A program made the translations under genes and the position numbers. The notes under the pieces were generated by a model, which was not told the origin of the DNA, searched no databases, and worked only from the letters and a program-made list of their open reading frames with translations. A stretch of 62,229 nucleotides of DNA, counting the filler, from Nemertoderma westbladi (lineage: Eukaryota; Animalia; Xenacoelomorpha): NCBI GenBank assembly GCA_032718475.1. It is 3 parts of 3 records of this genome, joined end to end, with 100 filler letters (N's around TTAATTAATTAA, not from the genome) between each part and the next. Parts side by side here need not be neighbours in the genome. Positions count along the whole stretch, not along the records: positions 16,241 to 43,817 come from JAUCBJ010001791.1; 2 more parts are not named here. One strand, written 5' to 3'. Below, piece by piece: positions 24,708 through 35,919 of this stretch (the first letter of the stretch is position 1; every line of letters begins with the position of its first letter).

Positions 24708-25790
24708 CGGTGCTGCTTTTTAACCTATAACAGTAGTTCCCTGCCTTGAACTGTTTTGCCTTCCAGCTCCCACACTGTGGTGTGGACAAACCGACAGATT
24801 GAGCATTGAGGTTCCGTACCCACTTTCAACTTTCCACTTTCAATTAATGGATTAGTACGCCTAACTGTTGGTTGACTGTATATAATATAATCTGGTATAT
24901 AAATAACCAACATCATAAATTATTATTGAGGAATGTAGGCCATTTACAATTACAACAATTACTAAATTGTCTTGCTCGCTACGCTCGCAGTCGCAGTTTA
25001 ATCACATCTGTATTTAAAAACATTCGTTTGACCTACTATCTGACTATTACTGTATTACCGTATTACAACTGTATTTAGTGTTTACGTTTCTTCAAAATTT
25101 CCTTGCTCGCTACGCTACGCTCGCATTTCACTGTTTTAATGTTAAAATACTGCAGGCCTATTGCAGTATAAACTGATAAATGATTACAATAATCAGATAA
25201 TTGCAAAATTTCATGGTCAATGGCTGAATGGCAGAATGGTTGGCGCGATTTGAATGTCATGGCTGGCGCGCTTTTCGTTTAACCAGAACCCGTGTGGCGC
25301 GCTTTTTGTCAATATTCCATATAGGACCTTAGCCTAATTTGAGCAAAATCGATGCACTCTCAAAAGTTATTGCAACTTTAGTTCTTACAGGTACAGCAGT
25401 ACCGGTACAGTAGTACTGTAGTGCCGTTATTGTAGCCGATTTTCTCCCTTTCTTTTAGCAGTTTAGTAAAAACTAAATTTTTTGACAAATTTTATACATT
25501 TTAAAATAAAATTGAATATTATGACTTTGGCACTTTAGTCTGTTAGTGTCAAATTTTTCAATATTAGGTAGGCAGGTAGGCCTATTCGGTACCGAATTTG
25601 CCGAATTTTTTTCAAATTAGTTTCGGTTCCGGTTCGGCAAAATTTTAAATTCGGTCGATCCATAGGCCTATACCGTACTGGCCCGTGGCTTCGGCAGTTA
25701 GGCTATTGACAGATTGATGTTTTGAACATTGCTTCATTAAGCTGTTAAGGACGTATTTCAAACTGTCAAATACTGAAAGAGACCCATAGT

Positions 25791-27800
25791 ATGGCTCCCA
25801 AATTGAAAAGTAGCGGTAGCATATTAAAAGGTTGCAAGAAACACCCATCTAATCCCTCCCGCCTTCAGACGCGACGGAACCGGAACCTACGACTCAGTGT
25901 GATCCCGGGCTGCGCCCACGCACTGCCCGACCAGAGACCCGCCGTCGGGGGCTCTGTGCCCAACACCCCCCAGCAGGATTCGCCCTCCAATCCCATGTGT
26001 CTACCCACCGAGTTCCAGCGCCGACTCGCGGTCTGCGAATCCTCGGGATCCAGCTCCGATGGCCCCTCAACCTCCTCCCACTACCCGACGCCTCGCTACG
26101 ATCTACGCGCTCGTCTGCCTCCCTTCACGCCCAACTGTTCCCCTTTACCGTCGAAGAAACGGAAATCCTGCGTCCTCATTTCGGCAGCGCCGAATTCCGT
26201 CAAAACCACCGAATCCAAAGAGAATACCAATGACGGCGCGGGCAGAGCCTACCTTCGCGACGTACTGCCTGACGAACTGTTGCTCCGTATCTGCAGTTTC
26301 CTCACCGAGTTGGATCTATGCCGCCTCTCTTGTGTTTGTCGCCGTTTCTTTATGATAGCTAAAGACCCTTATCTGTGGAAACGGCTGTACCGCTATCTCT
26401 TCGAGCACGACACCCCCCTTGTCATGCCGGAACGGGGTCGGTTTGAATTCCTCGTCGCGCCTTTCTCGATGTCTAAATGGAAGGAAAGTCTGAAACTGCT
26501 ATACCGTGGTGTTCATGTGTCAACGCGTCTACGTGCCGAATCGGGACCGAGTCGACGGATTAAGGCTACCGAATCTATAGAGGCCGCTGTCGCACTCGTG
26601 GAAACTTCCGACTTCCCGTTGGTGTTGGTCCATCCGGGGACCCACCGTGGATGGATCTGTCTGGACGCTCCGGTATGGATAGTCGGCGCGGCTCGCGGGT
26701 CGCCGGACGGGGTGGGTTCGATTCCGGCGGACCCGTACATGCCGTCGCCGACGCCGTGGAATCCAGCGGTACCGCCGGTCGCCGGGTCTCCGTCCCGTGT
26801 GGTCGCGGCACCGCTGAGCGGCTCGGAGCGGATCGCCGACCGCGTGGTCCTCATCAACCGCGCAGAGTCGACCGTGGTCTACTTGGAGGGCTCGTCCGGC
26901 TCCTACCTCGGTTACGTCACCGTCCGCTACGTCCCTCCCACTCCATCCACCAGCCCGCAGTACGGCAGCTGTGTCGAGATCAGCAACGCGTCGCCTCGGA
27001 TCGACCGTTGCGTCATCCGGAGCGGCGCGTCGACGGGCGCGGCGGTGCAGGTCAGCGGCTCTCGCGCCGATCCCGTGGTGTCCCGGTGCTGCGTGAGCGA
27101 GAGCGAAAACTGCGGTATATTCGTGAGCGACAGCGCGACGGGGACTTACACGGACAACGAGATCGGGGGCAATGGGTTGGCGGGGTTCTGGGTGAAGTCC
27201 GGGGCCAACCCTGTGGTTCGACGCGCCCACATCCACCATGGGCGAGACGTGGGCGTCTACTGCTTCGATAACGGTTTTGGGTATTTCCGGGATTGCAACA
27301 TCCATGACAATAGGATAGCCGGTGTCGAGGTGAAGGAGGGCGCGAATCCCTGCGTGATTAACTGCGACCTGCACCACGGGAAGACCGGCGGACTTTACAT
27401 ACACGAACGGGGAAGAGGGGAGTTCATTGCCAACAAATTTTACAACAACACGTTCGCCGGGGTCTGGGTCAGCAAGGAGAGTAATCCCACCATCCGTCAC
27501 AATGAGATCTTCAACGGTCACCAAGGCGGCGTTTACATCTTCGACAGGGGTCGCGGGTTGGTCGAGCACAACGACATTCACGACAACGCTCTGGCCGGGG
27601 TGCAGATCCGCACCGGTTCCGATCCGATCGTCCGACACAATAAGATCCACGACGGGAAACACGGAGGCGTCTACGTGCACGAGAGCGGGCAGGGTTTGCT
27701 CGAAGATAACGAGATCTATGGGAACGAGTTGGCCGGGGTCTGGATAACCACTGGGAGCTCCCCGCAGCTTCGTCGCAACAGGATACACAGCGGGAAACAG
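25791..27800 (+). CDS. FBXO11: F-box only protein 11, coding exon 1 (F-box, CASH/PbH1 beta-helix repeats)
   Basis: F-box LPDELLLRICSFL...LCRLSCVCRRF, serial GxWxK..ANP/IHHG repeats; ends RIHSGKQ at CAG|GTGAGT (phase 0). Confidence 0.95.
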
Positions 27801-30651
27801 GTGAGTACACAGTGGGAAACAGGTGAGTACACAGTGGGAAACAGGTGAGTACACAATGGGAAATAGGTGAGTACACGATGGGAAACAGGTGAGCACACAG
27901 TGGGAAACAAGTGAGTGCGCAGTGGGAAACAGGTGAGTGCGCAGTGGGAAACAGGTGAGTACACAATGGGAAATAGGTGAGTACACGATGGGAAACAGGT
28001 GAGCACACAGTGGGAAACAGGTGAGTGCGCAGTGGGAAACAGGTGAATGCGCAGTGGAAAACAGGTGAATGCGCAGTGGGAAACAGGTGAGTACACAATG
28101 GGAAACAGGTGAGTACCCAGTGGGAAACAGGTGGGTGCGCAGTGGGAAACAGGTGAGTACACTATGGGAAACAGGTGAGCACACAGTGGGAAACAGGTGA
28201 GTGCGCAGTGGGGAACAGGTGAGTACACAGTGGGAAACAGGTGAGTGCGCAGTGGGAAACAGGTGAGTGCATAGTGGGAAACAGGTGAGTGCGCAGTGGG
28301 AAACAGGTGAGTGCGCAGTGGGAAACGGGTGAGTGCACAGTGGGAAACAGGTGAGTGCGCAGTGGGAAACAGGTGAGTACACAATGGGAAATAGGTGAGT
28401 ACACGATGGGAAACAGGTGAGCACACAGTGAGAAACAGGTGAGTGCGCAGTGGGAAACAGGTGAGTTCAAAATGGGAAACAAGTGATTACACAGTGGGAA
28501 ACAGGTGATTACACAATGGGAAATAGGTGAGTACACGATGGGAAACAGGTGAGCATACAGTGGGAAACAGGTGAGTGCGCAGTGTGAAACAAGTGAGTAC
28601 ACAGTGGGAAACAGGTGAGTGCGCAATGGGAAACAGGTGAGTGCACAGTGGGAAACAGGTGAGTGCGCAGTGGGAAACAGGTGAGTACAAAATGGAAAAC
28701 AAGTGAGTACGCGATGGGAAACAGGTGAGTACACAATGGGAAACAGGTGAGTACACAATGGGATACAGGTGAGTACTCAGTGGGAAACTGGTGAGTACAC
28801 AATGAGAAACAGGTGAGTACTCAGTGGGAAACAGGTGAGTACAAAATGGGAAACAGGTGAGAACACAGTGGGAAACAGGTGAGTGCGCAATGGGAAACAG
28901 GTGAGTGCACAGTGGGAAACAGGTGAGCACACAGTGGGAAACAGGTGAGTACACAGTGGGAAATAGGTGAGTGCGCAGTGGGAAACAGGTGAGTGCGCAG
29001 TGGGAAACAAGTGAGTACACAGTGGGAAACAGGTGAGTGCGCAATGGGAAACAGGTGAGTGCACAGTGGGAAACAGGTGAGTGCGCAGTGGGAAACAGGT
29101 GAGTACAAAATGGAAAACAAGTGAGTACGCGATGGGAAACAGGTGAGTACACAATGGGAAACAGGTGAGTACACAATGGGATACAGGTGAGTACTCAGTA
29201 GGAAACTGGTGAGTACACAATGAGAAACAGGTGAGTACTCAGTGGGAAACAGGTGAGTACAAAATGGGAAACAGGTGAGAACACAGTGGGAAACAGGTGA
29301 GTGCGCAATGGGAAACAGGTGAGTGCACAGTGGGAAACAGGTGAGCACACAGTGGGAAACAGGTGAGTACACAGTGGGAAATAGGTGAGTGCGCAGTGGG
29401 AAACATGTGAGTGCGCAGTGGGAAACAGGTGAGTACACAATGGGAAACAGTGAGTACACAGTGGGAAACAGGTGATTACACAATGGGAAATAGGTGAGTA
29501 CACGATGGGAAACAGGTGAGCACACAGTGGGAAACAGATGAGTACACAATGGGAAATAGGTGAGTACACAATGGGAAACAGGTGAGTACACAGTGCGAAA
29601 CTGGCGAGTACATGATAGGAAACAGGTTAGTACACAGTGGGAAACAGGTGATTACACAATGGGAAATAGGTGAGTACACGATGGGAAACAGGTGAGCACA
29701 CAATGGGAAATAGGTGATTACACAATGGGAAGCAGATGAGTACACAATGGGAAACAGGTGAGTCTGCAGTGGGATACAGGTGAGTGCAAAGTGGAGGTGA
29801 GTGCGCAGTGGGAAACAGGTGAGTACACAATGGGAAACAGGTGAGTACACAGTGGGAAACAGGTGAGTACACAATAGGAAATAGGTGAGTACACGATGGG
29901 AAACAGTTGAGTACGCAGTGGGAAACAGGTGAGGGCACAGTGGGAAACAGGTGAGAGCGCAGTGGGAAACAGGTAAGTGCAAAGTGGAGGTGAGTGCGCA
30001 GTGGGAAACAGGTGAGTACACAATGGGAAACAGGTGAGTACTCAGTGGGAAACAGGTGAGTACACAATGGGAAATAGGTGAGTACACGATGGGAAACAGG
30101 TGAGCACACAGTGGGAAACAGGTGAGTGCGCAGTGGGAAACAAGTGAGTACACAGTGGGAAACAGGTGAGTGCGCAATGGGAAACAGGTGAGTGCACAGT
30201 GGGAAACAGGTGAGTGCGCAGTGGGAAACAGGTGAGTACAAAATGGGAAACAAGTGAGTACACGATGGGAAACAGGTGAGTACACAATGGGAAACAGGTG
30301 AGTACACAATGGGATACAGGTGAGTACTAAGTGGGAAACAGGTGAGTACACAATGGGAAACAGGTGAGTACTCAGTGGGAAACAGGTGAGTACACAATGG
30401 GAAACAGGTGAGTACACACACAGTGGGAAACAGGTGAGTACACAGTGGGAAACAAGTGAGTACATGGTGGGAAACAGGTGAGTACACAATGGGAAACAGG
30501 TGAGTACACAATGGGAAACAGGTGATTACACAGTGGGAAACAGGTGAATACAAAATGGGAAACAGGTGAGTACTCAGTGGGAAACAGGTGAGTACTCAGT
30601 GGGAAGCAGGTGACTACACAATGGGAAACAGGTGAGTACACAATGGGAAAC
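27784..30651 (+). repeat. 22-bp satellite (~130 units, TACACAGTGGGAAACAGGTGAG) filling most of the FBXO11 intron (27801-30959)
   Basis: Tandem units directly visible; the first unit overlaps the exon end. Confidence 0.97.
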
Positions 30652-30959
30652 AGACTGGGAGACAGGAAACACTGCTTTTATCTTAGCTTCTCGAAGACCA
30701 CGCTTATACCTGGAGAATTTCTAAATTTTTGCTAGACTACATGTGTACCATTATCGTTTAAATATTGGTATCGGTGCATAAATACATTCTGGTCATAAAC
30801 CTGGAAAGTGCTACTTTTCTCACAATGATGTTTTCATTTTGCCTATCACCTACGTTTTACTTTCGTTTAATTAAGTGTAACATTTCCTCCACTAATTAGT
30901 GGGCGTTAAATATAATATATATCCCATGAAATTCAGACTTATTGGTTTATTTGTATTAG

Positions 30960-31823
30960 GTGGGTGTCTACTTCTATGATAGAGGCCAAGGTGTTCTCGA
31001 AGAGAATGAAATATTCAACCACATATATTCTGGTGTCCAAATCCGAACCGGTTCCAACCCCCACATCCGGAAAAACAAGATATGGGGCGGCCAGAACGGG
31101 GGCATCCTCGTCTATAACGGGGGTCTGGGCGTTATCGAGGCTAATGAGATATTCGATAACGCAATGGCTGGTGTCTGGATCAAAACCGAAAGTAATCCCA
31201 CCCTCAAGAACAATAAGATCCACCACGGACGCGATGGGGGTGTCTGCGTATTCAACAACGGCAAGGGCATCCTCGAGGGCAACGATATCTTCTGCAACTC
31301 GCAAGCCGGAGTTCTTATCAGCATGTCATCGACCCCGTTGCTACGAAACAACCGGATATTCGACGGGTACGCCGCCGGTATCGAGATCACAAATAACGCG
31401 ACTGCCCAACTCTATGGCAACCACGTATACAACAACAAGTTCGCTGGTCTGTGTGTCGCTAGCGGGGTTAAACCGGTCCTTCTTGGGGGCAACATCATTG
31501 ACGGCAACCTGGATTGCATCAGACACACTGTCACCTCGGGCAAGTGTATCAACAGTGTGTCCGTGTACACCAGCTACCCCATGCACGACTTCTACCGGTG
31601 CCACACGTGCAGCGGCGCCAAGGAAAACAATACTATTTGCGTCAACTGTAAAACCCGTTGCCACAGTGGCCACAACGTGGTGTACGTTCGCCACGATAGA
31701 TTCGTATGCCACTGCGGCGATGGCTCCTTGGAGCGCGCGTGCCTCATCACCCACGACATACGGACTAGCACTAACACAGCGTACGAATCGGCTCACCCAG
31801 TAGGCGCCTCTTGTATCTTATAA
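30960..31823 (+). CDS. FBXO11: F-box only protein 11, coding exon 2 (PbH1 repeats, UBR-type zinc finger)
   Basis: Acceptor TTTATTTGTATTAG|GTG; VGVYFYD continues RIHSGKQ in frame; [13 protein letters not shown]...CVNC...CH.GH...HDRFVCHCG. Spliced product 957 aa. Confidence 0.95.
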   Translation: MGVYFYDRGQGVLEENEIFNHIYSGVQIRTGSNPHIRKNKIWGGQNGGILVYNGGLGVIEANEIFDNAMAGVWIKTESNPTLKNNKIHHGRDGGVCVFNNGKGILEGNDIFCNSQAGVLISMSSTPLLRNNRIFDGYAAGIEITNNATAQLYGNHVYNNKFAGLCVASGVKPVLLGGNIIDGNLDCIRHTVTSGKCINSVSVYTSYPMHDFYRCHTCSGAKENNTICVNCKTRCHSGHNVVYVRHDRFVCHCGDGSLERACLITHDIRTSTNTAYESAHPVGASCIL

Positions 31824-32603
31824 TTACTAAAATTATATATTTTCAAATTAAGCTAACCAATAATCCTCAAACTCTGCGTATTCTCATGCAGTACCTACGT
31901 AAAGCTGTGCAACGGAATGGCCGATTCATCCTACCTTTAAATCTTACGTAAGCTCTGCAACACTTTACCGCCCACGGCTTCTTTAGTATGATCTACCGAT
32001 AGGGCGTGCTGCGAACTGTATATATGTCTACCACATTAGAACTATTCATAATGAATAGATACAAGGCATTATTTATTACTTATCTATGAAAATATTCGTT
32101 TTTTTCTGTGATTAATACGGCGATGAAAAGCGCTTGCTGGCCAAGGATTTACGTTGAGTCGATGGCACACCGGATGTCAGGGTGTCTCTCCGTCCTGCCG
32201 AGGGCCCTTTGGCGTCGTGTGTGAGGTGAACCTGAGCCGTACCATCGGGGAGGTGCGGGTACTGGACTGTTTAACGATAAGGTTGCAGGCCGCGGGTGTC
32301 ACAGATTAACCGGAACTCATCTAATGAGCTCAGAATTCGTGTATATTCTGTAACGTTTAAAATTATTATATTATTGAGATGTAGTTCGTTGTTCGTTCGT
32401 TATTACTTACTATATGTATAGCCGAACATTTATATATTTACTGTATTGGTGCTCAACCACGTATTTATTTATTTGTTTGTTGGTATCGATTGACGATATT
32501 TATGGGACATTAAGAAGACCAAGTCTACCTGCAATACTTTATTTTAGACCTTGTTCCACCCCTACAACTCTGGGTTTATTTTATTTCCTTCTCTCTCTTG
32601 GGA

Positions 32604-35247
32604 GGTCACTGTCACTTTAAAACGGCAAAATTTTAGCAAAATCTTTAATTGTTCATATATTTTGATTGCATGAACGAAATACGATAATTTTGGCTTATTT
32701 TAATTTGTATTTTTACTGTTTATATTAGATCCAGTGTAGATCTTCGGCGCAACTTTAAGCGTTTACGTTTTAGTACGCAGCTCCAGAGATATCCAAGGCA
32801 GACATGTTTTAGTTTTTATATGTTTTGAAGAGACAATATGAAAATTAGGTTCTGGACATAAACACGACTTAAATACATATTTATTTCGTCAATGAAAATA
32901 TGGGTTTTCTCAAAAAATATTACCGAACTTTGAAGGTTCACTGTTACTAGTAAAGTAGGTCTATAGTGGCACAAGTACGAGCCCATTCTGAAGATAATTT
33001 TATGTGCTTTCTATATAACCAATTTATTGATGTGACCACTGACCATATCATTTCCTATGGCGAAGCCATTGCCAAGAATGTAACACCAACTCGGGGAAAA
33101 AACATAAAAATGTAGATCGTAACTCGATTTTCGAGGTGCTATAAAATTGGTAACGTTGACGTGTTTGTATTGAGTCACCACTATTTTAAATACTTCCAAG
33201 GTACTCAACCATAAAATAAATCACATTCGATAAAAATCGACTGTTTGTTCCACGCCGAGCCTTAAATCAGTCGACTTTGGATAAGTTTGTAGACCGCGGA
33301 AAATATAGACTTTGGAAATACTCACAGAAACGTCGCCCAAGATCTACAAAATTTATATCCAAAGTCTAAAATTCAGTTCTAGTTCGGAATACGTTTTATT
33401 CAAAGTCTACAACGACTTATACTTTTCACATGACTTTTCAAGCTCTACAAAACGATAGAATCCTTTTTGGGGTAATTTTAAATTTTGTTATTATGCTCGT
33501 ACACTACTGGCTAACTGCAGTGTTGACAGCGGTGCGTTGAAGATTGCGAAATCACAAAAGTCATCTGTGAGCTATATGAACAACTAAAGTAATGTTAATA
33601 TAACTTTATCTTTCTAATATTTGGGCCTTGTGATATAAAGTGATAAAAAGATGCCAAGAACACGTTTCGTGAAATTAAAAATTGAATTCAAACTTACAAT
33701 CCCGATCGCGATCCCGGCAATCCCGAAATGTCTGATCCCGTTTAAACACTAATATATATATATATACAGACAAACCAAACACGGCTAATGTAAAAGTTAA
33801 AAAAATGTACTAAGGATCAAGAGGGGAAACCAATTTTAACCAAAAAGGTGTAATCGCTTAAAAAAAATGAAATTTGCAACGATGTTTCTCGTGTTGGGTG
33901 GCCTTTGTTTCGAGGATCACAGCACTACAAAGCCAGAACAGATCTCGCTGCTGGACTAAATGCCTAATAATACTTTGGATGTATTTCGGAGTATTCTATA
34001 ACTATAAATTTAGACAATGAAATAAACACGGCGCGATTCATATTCAATATTGGTTTGTAGTTGAGCTGCTCTCTACTTAAAATAATAAATATTCCAGAAC
34101 ATTGAGAAAGACAGCTTCCGGAGCGAGTACCAAAATTGGAATTGCTGTAATTACTAATATACTCTAGTTTGTTCAATTTTTGTTGTAACACTATTCGTTC
34201 AATCCTTTATTAAAGAATTAAGCAACAAGAAAGTACCAATTTAAGAATGAACTTCCCTATTACATGGGAAATATACGTTGGAAAATAAGTTTTTTCCCAA
34301 GAAATAAATAATTATTTTTAAAGTACCGGGCCGCTGCGGGTGGATTGGTAATTTGGATGAGATACCGGGATGGAATTGTTAGAGATAATTATTTCATGTA
34401 CGGAATTATCCAATGAGGAATCATCCGTGGTGGAATGGGGTAGTCGACTCAGAAAATTTTATTCGAGTTTTTGTTGGATTCATTTAAAAGAGCATGTGAA
34501 AAAACCCAAGAGAGCAATTTTACTTAATAATTAATTAATATTGGCTGAGTTATAGCGATTTTAAAACGCAAAATTAGCAACATCGAAAAATCAGGCCGTT
34601 TTAGGAACTTGTGCATTTGGCGTCAGCCATAACACAGCAACATTGTCAAGCGCATTTTGATTGGGTAATATAAAATATAATATCTCAGTAATCTAAAATT
34701 AAACAAATAATTAATGTAGCTAAGTATTTATTTGGATGTGTATTTATGGTGCGTTAAGGGATAGCGGGGCCCATGTGAAGAATACCAGACTTTCTGCCGT
34801 TACATTTTACTTTGCAGTTACCCCCATGTGAAGAAGACTATTCAAAAAAAGTATTCGAAAAAAAATGTCCGTTTCGCCTACCCCCTAACGCTTTAATGTA
34901 GTCAGAGAATCATTGTAGTAACCAACTGTGAAATATAACTTTGACATGAGATTTGTAGACTTTGAATTGATAGTACTGTATATATCCAAAGTCTATAACA
35001 TCAAAATGTAGACTTTGGAATTGAATATCACGTTCTACATAAAAATTTGTAGATTTTAGGTGAAAATTTGAGTTTTTTCTCACTAACTTTCCACAACCTG
35101 AATCAACTTATGTTTTATTATCAGATTCGTTTTCAGCACGAAAAAGCTATCGAATGATATAAGATGGGCCTACTTGCCTATTTCACCAACTTTGTTGAAA
35201 TTTCGCATAAAAGATGCGCTTTTTGCCGCTTTAAAGTGACAGTGACC
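32604..35247. mobile_element. Non-autonomous DNA transposon (~2.6 kb), 4-bp TSD, unclassified
   Basis: TIR GGTCACTGTCACTTTAAAACGGCAAAA / TTTTGCCGCTTTAAAGTGACAGTGACC; TSD GGGA (32600-03, 35248-51). Confidence 0.8.
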
Positions 35248-35649
35248 GGGAGAAATTCGAAAGTTATTCCAATATGCCTCACAAAACGAACTCATCGGTA
35301 AATAGATAACACTGATTATAATAGTAGCTTACCTACCCACACATACCAATTACAATATTTTAAGAATATTGCGTAGGCCCTATTACTTGTGTTGTGTCTG
35401 CTGCAAAAATATAGTTGATATTATTTTCAATATGCATTTTACATTAAATTCATACATTTCATCATCTTATAACTAACAGATTTTAATGTTTTAACTTTAA
35501 GTGCAATTTCCCGCTAATTAAAATATTCCGATCTTTGCGTGTTTAGTTTAGGAACACCTCTTAATAAGTTTGGTCAAATTTTATAAAATTTTAAGTGAGA
35601 CTCTAGAAATATTTAAAACCCTATGTTTGAGAATCTAGAAGAGGTATGA

Positions 35650-35919
35650 ATGATTGGGAGAATCTTTTAGGCTCCTTAAACCAAGGAATGCTAGTTCACC
35701 ACCATGGGGTATCTTCCACAGTAAAAAACCCTTCCACTCTGTTTCCCAAGTTGCCTTGGTTCCCATTTATCGACCACTGAAGGACGAAAGCCAGGGTTGG
35801 GCTAGGCTGCAGCATTTAAAGCACTGTGCCAAAATATTGCTGCCCCCATCTAGGGATCTAACCAGTGGTCCCTAATTGGAAGCCCCGGAATGAGACCACT
35901 AGACGAAACTGCTGCTTGG
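35650..35919 (-). mobile_element. tRNA-derived SINE, full-length copy of the 19489 family
   Basis: Collinear reverse complement of 19489-19641 plus 19990-20106. Confidence 0.85.

Larger units (their letters stand above)
20954..25670. mobile_element. Large non-autonomous hAT-like element with nested insertions
   Basis: TAGGGATCGACCGAAT ... ATTCGGTCGATCCATA; subterminal CCGAA/TTCGG motifs; putative 8-bp TSD GACCGTAC (20946-53) / TACCGTAC (25671-78). Confidence 0.65.

Noticed and set aside
25791-27848. 685-aa ORF as a complete protein
   Set aside because: The last 15 aa are intron read-through; homology continues at 30960 after a GT-AG intron.
27511-30641. Many long Cys/His/Pro-rich ORFs on the minus strand
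   Set aside because: Translations of the 22-bp satellite, whose reverse strand mostly lacks stops; not genes.
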